A stretch of 64,000 bases of DNA from Leptogorgia sarmentosa. Taxonomy: Eukaryota. The position numbers and the translations under genes were made by a program. Location of the stretch: assembly GCA_964658305.1 (NCBI GenBank), contig OZ210884.1, forward strand, positions 7,936,001 to 8,000,000, given 5' to 3'. Shown here one piece after another: positions 1 to 11,660 of the stretch (position 1 is its first letter; every line of letters starts with the position of its first letter). Below the pieces are notes generated by a model. The model worked only from the letters and a program-made list of their open reading frames with translations. It did not search any database and was not told the DNA's origin.

Positions 1-471
1 CTAAAATATGTAGCTACGAACTGGACGATTATAGAAGCTAAAACAAAACCATTTCTCAAGGGACGTGACGTAGACGATTGAATAATTACGTCATTTTTTT
101 AATGCGTGATTTTAAAGCGTGACAGACTTCCCTCCGAGATCTAACTCACAGTTTCAGCAGAGTTGAGTAATCTTCAAAATTTCGAGCATTTCTATCTGAA
201 GAGCCTCTAAGTAGCTACCATAATCGAATCATATACATCATATGTATACATGCAGAGCTAAATATGTCGTATCAAAAGTAGTAGAGTATAATCGGGAAAC
301 CTGCTAACCTGAAAACAGGGATAAATACAGGCACTAGTTGTCAACAGAAATCCATTTTTCCATCCAAACTACTAAATTTCCTTTGGAAAGTTATTTTCTC
401 TGTTTGTAAACTTATAATTCATTTTCTTTACTAAACATGATTATAAGCTATAAGTTATTGAATTATAAAGG

Positions 472-497
472 ATATATATATATATATATATATATAT
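472..497. repeat. (TA)n microsatellite
   Basis: Uninterrupted TA run. Confidence 0.95.
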
Positions 498-822
498 GTA
501 AGTGATTAAAAACTGCAAAATGAATTCCTATTCGATAACAAGTCCCAGGCCTTTTACTCACGGGAAAAAATGATACTTGCGCTTTTAGCGTCTAACAGCT
601 GCAGTTTCATCAAACCGAAAAAAACGAACAAAACAAACAAGAAGGAACGTTCAACAAATCTCAAACAAAAGATATTCTTTTAAAAAATCTGTTACAAATC
701 CAGTTGATACTTGGCATGAAGCCACATATAGGAAAACAGACACATTCCTCTCTATGCATAAATATATTTGATATCTCTGTCTCCATTAATTTGGCGTGTG
801 AGAAAGTAAATTTTTGATGTGA

Positions 823-3800
823 TTAAAATTCATCATGGCGTGCTAGGGCTTCTCCAAAGTCAGTCACTTGACTACCGACAAATATATCGTGCTTGGCCAG
901 AATTTCTTGCTTTGTCAGTATTCCATCCTACAATGAGCAACGAAATAATTTAACGCATTTTGCACAGGTTTGATGATGCACGTTGTGGAATTTCTTTCCC
1001 TTAAATCTGAGTGAATCAGTAGAACGCATTTTCTTTAGTGGATTAACTCGTTGTAGTATAAAAAATTCAATATGGTCACGGGGATAAGACGACGGTAGTA
1101 GTTGGAAGTCGAAGCCCATGGGTGCGACCACTGGATCAATTTTTTAATTTTGGGTCTTCGGACGGTCGGAAATAGCAGAAGTATTTAAATACTTTTACTT
1201 TTGCTGCTGTAATGATAAATCAGACAAATATGTGGGGTGGGGGTATTCCCGTCCTCCTTATGAATTAGTTGGGAGGGGACACGCCCCACGGTTTCTACAC
1301 CCATGGATATGTTTGTGGTGTACACGTACTTTGTCAGCGTCAGCTTCATTCATCAAGTGAGTAGACTCGGCAGCAACATTGTCATATTCAGCAGGCAGGA
1401 TCCAGTCTTTCACCTCGGCCTTTGGAAAACAATGGTATAATACGTCATAGACTGGTTTGAAATGAAAAGCCTGTCAATACTTGTAGAGATAAGGCAATCT
1501 CAGACCCCAGTTACACGATACAGGATTCGCATTGGAGTGACATCAATTAGAACGTTTTCCAGTTCTTCTGCTCTCGAAACTTTTTGTACTTGCAGTTTTC
1601 GTTTAACTCTGTTATATTATCGCATTTTAAGTGCAAAATTCACTTTGAAATAGCAAAATTTGAAATCGCTCCGATAGTAATCCGGTATAATGGCGTTGGA
1701 AGATTGATAATAGGGGGCTCATATTCATATTTTCGTGTGCTTTATCATTAATTTCTGTTGAAATCCGTTGTTTTTATGATTTGTGGACACGAAGATATGA
1801 ATATGAGCCCCCCTTATTATCAATTTTCCTACGCTACACAGAGGGAAAACATAAATACCACGAAGAAATAGAGAAACTGTAAATGTGAACAGCCTATTTG
1901 AGATAAGTGATCAGGGTATATTGGTTGTTTTCTAGGCCCGAAGATGACTGGAAACGTTTCGAAGTTTACCTTGCCCAGAAAACCATCCTTATTTTTATCT
2001 CGATATTTTGAGAATTGCTCTTTCTCTGATTTCAGCCAATCGGGTTCCTCGGCGTTGTTTTTTCGTTCTTCCTCAGAATACATATCACCTGAAGAAAAAA
2101 GATAAGTTTAAAAATACGAAAACAAGAAACGTAATTAATTTAGTACAAAACTAGTAACCAAAAAATCACTGGACTGCATGGAGGGACTTTCAAAATCAAA
2201 AGATGTTCCATTTACCGAAACGTTTTAGCCACGAAACAAAGAAATAAGAAATGAAACAAAATTTAGCACTGGCAAAGAAGTTGATTGATTTACCAATATA
2301 TTCTTCCAATGAAATCTTTCCGTCTTTATTTTTATCGATGTCCTCCATTGTCTCTTCAACCATAATGTCCTTCATGTGGTCAAATTCTTCGGGATGAAGA
2401 AATGGCGTGAGTTCTTCTTTGGTCAGTCTGTCGTCCTTGTCGAGATCAGCTTTCTCCCATCTACGTCTGTCACGTTCTTTCATCTCTTTGTAATTGAACT
2501 CGGTATTTCTCGATGGATCGTCTGCAAAGAGGAGGGATTTTTATCAAGGCTGACACAGCTTAAAAATAGGTACACGAGGTGAACACCGACTGGTGTGAGT
2601 GAAAGATCTGGAAAATTATGCAAATAGACTGAAGTACTCACTGCTTACGCAAACTCCACCCCTCCCCCTAAATCAATGTTATATACTACGGAAATTGTAT
2701 ATGCTATTATAAAAGCTAAAGTTAATAATAATTTATTCCTATACAAAGAAACCATGAGAAATGCATGGAGATATTAAGGTTACCCCTATCTAAGTTATCT
2801 CCGGTTAAAACATTTTATCAGCTAGAACAATTAATTGGTGTCTAAATTTACAAATCTTCCTCCCCTCCCCGCCACACACACTTGACCTGAAATTGGACCA
2901 AGTCTGATCTGCCCCTTCTTGCACTGAACCTCTGCTTAAAATAGTAATAACTTATCTTACCAACGTCGTGACCATACGTTCTGTTGACGTACTCTCCCCA
3001 CAGTATGGATGCTTTCTTATCTGGGTTCAACTCCGTCCATTGTCGGTCGACATCTTCGTAGATATACCTCTTTTGTGTGTGATCAATGTAAAACTTGAGT
3101 TCTTCCTCCGTGATTTTACCATCGCTGTTACGGTCGATTTTATCAACAAGAATTCTGTAATAAATAATAAGGAATTACGTCTAACTATTACTGATTATTG
3201 CCCATATATTGACGCATTTAACTCATTTTTCGGTGTTTCTTTACATCGGAAGTAGTTGAGAGACTTTTATCCCAGAACTTCAATTTAGTGGAAGTTAGAA
3301 TTAGCACATTTAAAGTGAGATTAAATATGTAGCCTGGAATTCTAAAACCTGACCGGAAAGTCCAACAGTTGTGAAAAATGGAACACATGGTTGAGGGTAA
3401 TAAACACTCTCTTTATATATAATGCTTATTGTAGCTATGTTACTTCCAGGGCTTCATGTAACAGCAATGCGCGCATATAATAAGATACCATAGATGAAAC
3501 GTTACAAGAACTGAAACAAGTCAAACGGCATATTATATTTTCAGAGCATTTAAATAAAATCTATTTAATTATTTTTTTCATTGTTCACAAGAACAATGGC
3601 TGAACAATGAATATCTTTATTTGTGCTAGTACTTTACGATGTTTGGTATTAATATATAATTCAGTAATCGGTTTAAAATTTAATACCAACAAAAATTATC
3701 ATATTACTGATCACGTCCATTATCCATCTCAGCGATCTCGCTATAGAATTTTGGCCAAAATTGGTTACCAGAAAAACAAAACGGTGATGGAATATTATTC

Positions 3801-4660
3801 CATGTTGTTTAGACAGTTGGTTAAAAATGACTTAAATGTTTTGATTTAGATTGATCTCATGAGAAATTTACGAACTCATATTGAAAATGCTGATCTTGAT
3901 CAAACTGCTGAAAGACGTTTTTCGAGCAAAAGACGCTTTCCGTCCCTATTCATTTCCGACGAGAGACCTTTATACTCGAAACGTAGAATCTTGTTGTATA
4001 GTATAGGTGGTGAGTAAACATTTTCTGCATTTAGGTGCTGCTTGCTATCCTGTTTATCCGCTCACTAAACTGCATGGCCTCATTCATTGAATGTCATCTT
4101 CACTGTTTTTATAGTAACAAAAAATACGATCGATATTATTTAGTATCAAACTAACGAGCACACTCGTCATATTATCTTGTGTAAGTAATGTATATCTATC
4201 AATCACATCCCATATGGCAACGAGACGGAATATTTTTATGTGAAAATTGACGTGAAATCTTGAAATATTTAAAGTACAGGCAACCCTAAACATATATTGC
4301 GCGCGCGTGGACACAGTACTTCAGCGCGCAACAAAACTATATTTACTGTGACAATTACCAACCACAATATTTACAACGCAATGTTTGCAATAATAATTAC
4401 GTACACCTGACTTACCCAAGTCTGCGCAGACTTTCCTCTGGCGAAAGCTGATCAAACGTTGCTTTTTGTTCGTCGCCCAAGAAAGCCTCATGGTCATATT
4501 CTGTATTATGTTGGTGTCCGTCACCATTAAAATGTTCCTCGTTTGACAGTGGTTGCTGTTCGTGTACGCGTTTCTTCGCTCCCTCTTCATTCGGTCTTGG
4601 GATGCCATCAACCATTATCGACAGGCATAGCATCAGCATTCCGATACAACGAAACGCCAT
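823..4660 (-). CDS. CALU: Calumenin-like CREC-family EF-hand protein, 326 aa, 6 exons: 4660-4416, 3154-2961, 2521-2294, 2088-1970, 1419-1330, 927-823
   Basis: Signal peptide [23 protein letters not shown] motif [23 protein letters not shown]-hand loops [60 protein letters not shown]; ends [19 protein letters not shown], and HDEF is the calumenin C-terminus. All introns GT-AG; exons sum to 981 nt in frame. Confidence 0.93.
1502..1688. mobile_element. MITE family B, truncated copy; fuller copy at about 12541-12738
   Basis: Shared sequence (gtttaactctgttata...aaattcacttt.aaatagcaaaatttgaa.tcgctccgatagtaatccggtat). The 12.5-kb copy has inverted ends cctcagt.acac.ata / tatcgtgtaactgagg. Confidence 0.75.
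1690..1837. mobile_element. MITE family A; related copies at about 7988-8179 and 12153-12315
   Basis: Inverted ends ggaagat.gataat..gggggctcatattcatat / atatgaatatgagcccccc..attatc.at.ttcc; three dispersed related copies. Confidence 0.75.
3918..3989 (+). ncRNA. Degenerate minimal hammerhead ribozyme motif (Penelope-type), with a decayed antisense copy just upstream, in calumenin intron 1
   Basis: attt-CCGACGA-GAG acctttata CTC-GAAAC-GTA-gaat at 3952-3989; core box has C in place of the U of CUGANGA. Reverse complement of about 3914-3944 reads gacggaaagc..gctc-gaaa-aacgtc. Confidence 0.5.
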
Positions 4661-4770
4661 TTCGATAGTCCAGACAGCGGTGAAAGGACAACAGGTTCGT
4701 GAAAATCCAGAGAGAAACGAGGCAAAATGTTTTGAAGTTGGGTTTATTATGCGGAGTGTGTTTTACGGTG

Positions 4771-4817
4771 ATTGGTCCGTATTCAACACGTGATGTTAAA
4801 CGTAAACATTGCCACGT
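4771..4817 (-). promoter_or_regulatory. Candidate calumenin promoter elements: CCAAT box, CACGTG, and a TGCCACGT bZIP (XBP1/ATF6/CREB3-type) site
   Basis: ATTGG at 4771-4775, CACGTG at about 4787-4792 and TGCCACGT at 4810-4817, 110-160 nt upstream of the ATG of a secretory-pathway gene. Short motifs that could occur by chance. Confidence 0.35.
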
Positions 4818-6228
4818 TGGCAAGACATTGAATGGTCCCTTGTTCTGCTGCGGCGCTACCCGTAGACAGTCTGGGCCGAGGAAATCACCCGCGGAAATAC
4901 GAGAAAACCTTTACATCACAGCTATATATGACAATTCCTTCCTGGCTAGAAAACCTCAACAGACTCAGCACTCAGCAGACAAATTTGGCTGACCTTTAAT
5001 TGTTTGAGATTCACATTGACAACATACTATGACCTATGTAAACGCAACATCACTCACATGCCTAGTTATTTAAAACAGAACAATGGTTTCTAAGCTTTAG
5101 ATTATCTCTAGCTGTGTGTATGAATAAATTTACCGTACATAATTCCAATGCCTTAATGGCTTAATTGTAAATTTTGTGTATGAACCAGTTCATAATGGTA
5201 ACTACCGTCTAGTTATGCAAGCAGAGCAGCAAATTGTGAACTGGTTGGTAATTAGAAACGGTGAAGTATAAACAAGGTTTGCCAGCAAAATTGGACAGTA
5301 TGTGTATTATGCATGCATGAATAACCACGAATATATGGTGCCATATAATGTCCTAATGAGATTCTGTAGCTACATAGATGCCTCCTGTGGCTGTGTCTGC
5401 TGACCTGCAAGCTTACGCAGCAATACAGTGCAGCATATTGTGCAGAATAGCCTGTTTTCAAGCATTGCATTGTCAAGCAATGTTTTCAGATCTTTAAGAT
5501 AAATACAGAAGGACAGATAGAGTTGTATGTGACATTGAATGATGTATGTATGGTGCTACTCAGAAAGGTAGTTTCTGGATATGCTGTATGGCATTTAATA
5601 TAGCCTAAATAAAATAAGTTAGAATCAAGAATATTTGCGTGTAGCTTACCGAACAATTCTTCATAGTTTGGCATTTTAGAAAATCGACTGATAATTAAAA
5701 TTTACTTGTGCTATTAGCGTCGTACCAAAGAGCTGTATCACATCATACTGTGACTGACTTAATCATTATTATTATTCATTTACAATAATTCAAGAGTTTC
5801 GATTGGCTAAGAGCAGTGGGTGAATTCGTCATATCTGCTCGGTAAAACACATATACGACATTATGACGTCATTATGTCGTATATTGAAAACTTATATACG
5901 ACATTATTACTTATTTATTTCGTATATTGAAAATTATATGACATTATGACGAGACACGTCCGAACCGAAGAAAAGAGAAGTAGAGCAAATTCTCTTAGCA
6001 AAAGATGGCAATAAAAAGTTTGACGTGTCCTTGTTGGATAATGGACTGTATCAATTGCTGCCACTGAATGGATATCCGCTCATTTCGCTGACGCCTTTCA
6101 AACAATGTAAGTGCAGGCTAACCTGTTAAATTAACTTCTTTAAAGTGTCATGCAAACGTGATAGATGGTGTGCATGTTTATTCAGTTCAATGCATAGAAA
6201 AGTGTGATACATAGCGTGTATCTTGATT

Positions 6229-8775
6229 TTACAACTCGGTATGTTCTACCAAGATATTTTTTAATTCGGGATATTTTTTACTAAATTCATCCCAATTATT
6301 TAGTACTTCATCTTTGTTTAGGATTCCATTCTGAAAATAATTTAAAAGCAAATTAATGTAATTTATATACACCTCGCATGTTCACTATTAACGATTTCAG
6401 AATGTTGGGGAGGAGAGGCAAGAAGACGGGAGGGGAGGGGAGGAGAGGAGGGGAGAGGCGACCAGTTGTGAGGAGAGAGAAAGAGAGGGGAGAAGAGGGG
6501 AGAAGAGGGGAGGAGAATGACTTTTGATGGTTCAGGAGCAGTAGCTGGAAAAAATTAAACCAAACTAACTTTTATATATTATTATTTCTTTACCTTATTT
6601 CTATCCATTTTCCGCATAAAGCCTTTTGCTTCTAGTTCAACACGGGATGGATATGAACGGCGAATCCATTTCTTTACTTCAGCCTACAAATAGCATAAAT
6701 AATCAAAACCAGTTCTGCGAAAAATAGCAAGAAATGGTTATCATATAAATAATCTCCTTATCATCTATTTTTCCTACAATCGTCTACAACAATGAATTAA
6801 GGAACTTCAGTTTGTAGCGAACAACAACATCGCAAATATTTATGCATACCATATCCAAGTAACCATCTTGATCTCTATCTTTCAACTGCTTGAAAAATCT
6901 TTCTCTGAAATTTACTTCATCAGCCGCCACGTATATGGACACGTCCGAACCTAAAGAAATGAAGTAGAGCAAATTCTCTTACCAAAATTTGACAAGTTAC
7001 GTTTTCAATGAATTGGAGCTTTCTTTAAACCATGTCCATGTTAGATAATGGACTGTATGGCTACATTGCTGTCCACGAAAATTTTTAATCCACTAAAATT
7101 TTAAAACAATGTATAAGTGCAACGTTCTGAAATTAACTAGTGGAGTGCATGCAAACGACTTTTTTCACGTATAGGAGCAATAATGTCAGCTAGCTTGCAG
7201 CATTTTCGCGTTCAAAATTTTCCCGTACACATTTAATTTCTGTTTTTCATTGTGTCCAGGGGACGTCTTGTCGTAAGGCCTAAGGAGGGAGTGCCAGTGA
7301 TTACCCACCAAGATATTCCATCAATGAAATTTTTCCATCGTTGTCAACATCGAGTCCTTGAAATGTTGCTTCGACATTGTATTCTTTCATAGTTTCATAG
7401 TTTTCAGGGTTTTCAAATGCTGCTAATTCTTCTAGTGATAAACTTCCGTCTCCATTGAAATCTGCATATTTCCAACGTATTTTATCTTGATATTTACTTT
7501 GTTCAAGCTTGTCACGAGTCTCTTTTGTGTCATCTGTATAAGGTAAAAATCAATGGAATCTCATTGGTATTATTATTTTGATGCTTTTCATCAACAGTAT
7601 TATTGATTCATACGCGAGCACACAGTATAATCACTTGTGAAAGACACCGATTACATCAATGTAGATAATATACCTAAATTTTGGTTATTTCCGTAAATAG
7701 CGTCAAAGTATTCCTTCATGGAAACTACGCCATCATTATTGCTATCATACTCAGCCAATCTTTCCTCACTCATTCTAACTGCATGATCATGTCTTATACT
7801 TGCCACCCAAGCCTTTAGTTCGTCAGAAGATATCTTTCCATCCATGTTAAGATCAGTCCTATGAAGGAAGTGCCTACATGGAAGTATAGATAGAAATAAT
7901 ATAATCCAGATTTTAAAGATAGAAATTACTTCATGCACCGTTACTTTACTGGCCCCGCCCATTAAAGACAATGATTTGTACAATGTCCAGGGCAGGCGCT
8001 AGAACGTTCATTGTGCGGAGGGGAAATATTCATATATTGTCTATATTGGCGTTCTGACGACTGATTTCAAAATGAAATCAGTTGTTTATGAATTAATTTC
8101 GAAAGAAATCAGTCGGCAGAACGCCAATATATGAATATGCAACCCCCCCCCCCCATTTAGGGTTCTAGCGCCGGTCCTGATGTCTAGAGAATAATCTCCC
8201 AACTGTCATGAAAAATGCGGAGACATTAATGCGAATTTTTCTATGAATCACTGCATATAAAGAGTATAAAACACAGTCGAGGTAATAACTGGGGCGTATA
8301 TCACGTGGACGGAGTATAAAAGTCCCAGTGTTGCATATGGACAAAGATGAAGTTTATTTTGAGATTGATTTCATGATTGATTGAGCACGAGCTTTAAACA
8401 AAACATTGAGCTCCTATGGAACACACCAATCGTGATTTGCTGTATACGTATCTTTCTGCTACCAATTACTTGGCACGATGTCAAACAACTGTTGTTTCAC
8501 AATGGTTTCATTACAGATTTATTGAAATTATCTTGGTATTATAGTACGCCGTTCTAACTTTGACCCTAACCCCACAGAGACATCAAAGACATTCACAACA
8601 CAGTCATTATAACTAACCTCAGACGCGTTTCACTCAAGTCTTCTGAAATATTATCAAAAATCTCATCAATATTATCCGTAGCTGTCTCACTGAAGAGGGT
8701 GCAATCCATTGACCGTAAATACGCCACGAGAAAGAATAACGCCAGTACAGAAGAGCAACAAGTGCTCAAAGCCAT
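6229..8775 (-). CDS. Second CREC-family (calumenin/reticulocalbin-like) protein, 291 aa, 6 exons: 8775-8618, 7873-7674, 7533-7309, 6950-6850, 6683-6594, 6330-6229
   Basis: Signal peptide MALSTCCSSVLALFFLVAYLRSMDC; six EF-hand loops DLNMDGKISSDE, DSNNDGVVSMKE, DFNGDGSLSLEE, DVDNDGKISLME, DRDQDGYLDMAE, DRNKNGILNKDE; ends HTEL* (KDEL-like). GT-AG introns with phases 2,1,1,0,0, the same as the neighbouring gene; exons sum to 876 nt. Confidence 0.88.
6407..6516. repeat. Polypurine low-complexity tract (GGAGA/GGGGAGAAGA) in intron 5 of the CREC paralogue
   Basis: Almost purely A/G sequence over about 110 nt. Confidence 0.85.
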
Positions 8776-9440
8776 CGCCCTATCCCGATAGAAAAAGACA
8801 GTCATAGATACATTGTCATTGGATTTTGCTTTGAAAGGAGAATTATTTGTAATCAGAGGAAATTGAGATTTGGTATTTGCATACGGAAATTTGTCTTTGT
8901 CTCATGTCATGCTAAATAATTTGCAATGAAGAGCACTTATTGGATTTTACATGTTATTTGCATTTATTATCTGGGTGAACCAATAATCAATCGCATATAT
9001 TAACTGTTTAACACTTCGGTTTACAATTAAAAACATGAAACGGAAAATGAGATATAAGATAAGTAAATGGATAACTCAATGTGGGTTCCCTGTGGACAAA
9101 TAGGGAGTCGGGTGTTTAAATCAATATGGCGGAAATTTTGAATGTAACAAATTTCAACTGTATTATACTTCTTGTGAATTAAATTGGTGTTTTTAATGAG
9201 AAAATAGAAATGGCATCGAGCTTTAAAAAGAAAAGCAATCGTGGTCGTGGCAGTTATCCTGCTGGGACAAAAATTTCCTTACATAATAATCAATTGTTGA
9301 TTTCCAGTGGAGTACCGTCTTTGGACAGTTTGTTGGGTAAGTTTGTTTGATTTTTTATATCTTCAGTTTATGCCGTTATTTGCACAAATATAAGTGTTAA
9401 AATGCTGAGATACCAACGGGTACTCTATTTCAAAGAATAT

Positions 9441-9780
9441 GGCCCCTGGTTGTGTTATCCATTGTCCCCAGTCTCCCAGCTGGATGTACGTGTCAGGGAG
9501 ACCCGCGGGACAGGGACTTAAGGTTGGCAACCCCCTGCTGTTCGGAGGAAACCCCTTGGGGTCTGTCCAGAGGGCTTCTCCCAACACAGCCCCTCCAGGG
9601 GACTTGTGGGTTGGCAAAGCCATTTAACAGGGGTGTGTGGGTGGCACTCACCCACTTGGGGGGCCCGTGGGGGACTGGGAGCAGCCCTAGCCCCAATGCG
9701 CAATAGCAGTTGTGGTCCCAGGCGGACCTTGAAAGGTTGTTGTTGCCTTGGTGAAACCAACCTCCTCAACAACCCGGGCT
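9441..9780 (+). other. GC-rich, highly foldable ~340-nt island; unclassified structured RNA or non-autonomous mobile element
   Basis: About 60% GC with sharp edges in an AT-rich background; complementary termini, a 12-bp long-range helix (9467-9478 with 9668-9679) and several local hairpins. Confidence 0.5.
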
Positions 9781-11338
9781 TAATTAGTTATATAGCCTAA
9801 TCAAATGTACAGTTATTGTGGGAGGTGTAAATCAACTAATTAGATGATGCGCAAATCATGCGTATTCTTGACAGATCTGAGTTTTCGCTAGTTAGATGAA
9901 TATTTAAATCTAGTTGCACATGTTTGTCAAATGTTCCATTTATCCATCTATCCGAAGGACTTTCTCGCTTCTTCCTTAGCAAAGAGGGAGGCTGAGTCCG
10001 CAATATATATCAGCAGTTGAATAAAATTGCATTTGATGTACAAGACAGATGTGAAAAAAACCCTACTGCAGGGTAGAGGTTGGAATTAATTTAAGTCTTT
10101 AATATGATTTCTGAGTATCCCATGAAATTTTGTTTGGGAAACTGTTGAAACATTGTTTCACCCCCTCCCCCTGTGTATTCTGTGTCAATTTTCAATGATG
10201 AATTAGTGAGGAGTTGATGAACGAATGAATTAATAGTATTTGGAACTTCAAATTACTGTCAGCCAGCGCATAGAATGCAAATATTTTCCTCTAAATTAGT
10301 TCCACTTCAACTAATTACCCATTATAATTAACAACTAAAATCGTCCTTGGTTTGACTAATTGACAAACGCACGGGCGAATTCGTTCGTTGCGGCTACGTC
10401 ATCGGTCATTCTAAACTACAAACCGTAATAGTAACTCAACTCCAACCTCATTAAAAATTCGAAGTAGAAAAGAACGTTCGTGAGTTGGCCAGTGGCCACG
10501 GCGAACAGACCTGCAAAATTTACGTACTTTTATACACCCAAATTAACGCACAACACGGAAAGCACAAAGCAAATAAGCAGAAAGCTAATAAGCGGAAAGC
10601 AAATAAGCAGAAAGCCGAAAGGCAACTCGAGTCGGAAACTTCCAAGTTTGTGTCCCCACGCATGTCGTTTTACGCATGCTCATTATCAGGTTCTGGCCAG
10701 TCAATTGCTCCCTCCGACCAATACAAACGTTAAACTGGCCCTTCCGCCACCATTCCGGCCAATAATTGCATAAAAATAGGGGAACACGCTTCACTGCTCG
10801 CTGCTGAGTTCCCTTCTGGTTATTTACTGTTCTATCCAGGTGATCTTGTGGTCGTGTTTTAGCCAATCAGCGCTCAGAAAGGGTTGTCCGAATAGAAATC
10901 CACTTTTCTACATTCACTTGATTAAATCTTTCGTTATTCTGTATGAAACTAGTTGAAATGATGTAATTATGTTTGGTTATGAGAACTATAGCTCTGACAA
11001 AAATATGGAATCGAAGTAAAGTATATTATGGGAGATATTCAGTTGTTTCAATCGAAAAATGGATTTCTATCTGACAGCTAGTCCCAGTCCTTTTCCGTGT
11101 ATTGAGATCAGCTGGATGGCACAACGATATGCCATGCATTCCTTTTTTCTCGAGAGACGCGCTTTGGTGTTTGGGGAACAACGGAAAATGTGAAAAAAGG
11201 ATGTGTTCCCTAAAACTGGGCGTTTATTTGCTCGAACATGTATTTGTTATCACTGCTTAAGCTTTGAAGTTGTAGCAGTTTCTTTATCCTCTCTGCCCCA
11301 ATTTGAACTTTGTTTCAAATTTTATTCATCATTTCATA

Positions 11339-11656
11339 CAGGGCCGTAGACAGAAGGGGGCAACAGGGGCAGTTGCCCCCCAAAGAAAAATACACTTGGA
11401 CTTTTTATGTCACTTATTATAAATATTTAAACTTGCTTTTTCGTTTGATCCTGGCCTAAAAGATGTACTTTATTTCAACGCATAAACGCGTAAATCCAGC
11501 GCTCAAAATGCGAGAAATGCTTTTTTGGAGCTTCAACTTTTTTCCCTGGGGAGAATGCCCCGGACCCCTCTCCAATGCCCGCACCAGCAGCTTGGATATT
11601 GATTTGCCACGGGTCCACTACTGCCCTCCTGCAAAACAATCCTGCCTACGGCGCTT
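11339..11656. mobile_element. hAT-type MITE
   Basis: Imperfect TIRs cagggccgtagacag / ctgcctacggcgctt and an exact 8-bp target-site duplication ATTTCATA at 11331-11338 and 11657-11664. Confidence 0.85.
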
Positions 11657-11660
11657 ATTT

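Noticed and set aside
9441..9790. Identification as telomerase RNA, RNase P/MRP, SRP RNA, or an HDV or twister ribozyme
   Set aside because: No CUAACCCU template; P4-forming CR-I and CR-V do not pair canonically; no SRP helix 8 motif; the HDV-like GTT-TCCTCCG-AAC on the minus strand has no matching P1; the twister-like AAGCCCGG lacks the rest of the fold.
9363..9800. Six overlapping ORFs in both orientations
   Set aside because: Explained by high GC and few stop codons; Pro/Gly-rich translations with no recognisable domain or splice context.
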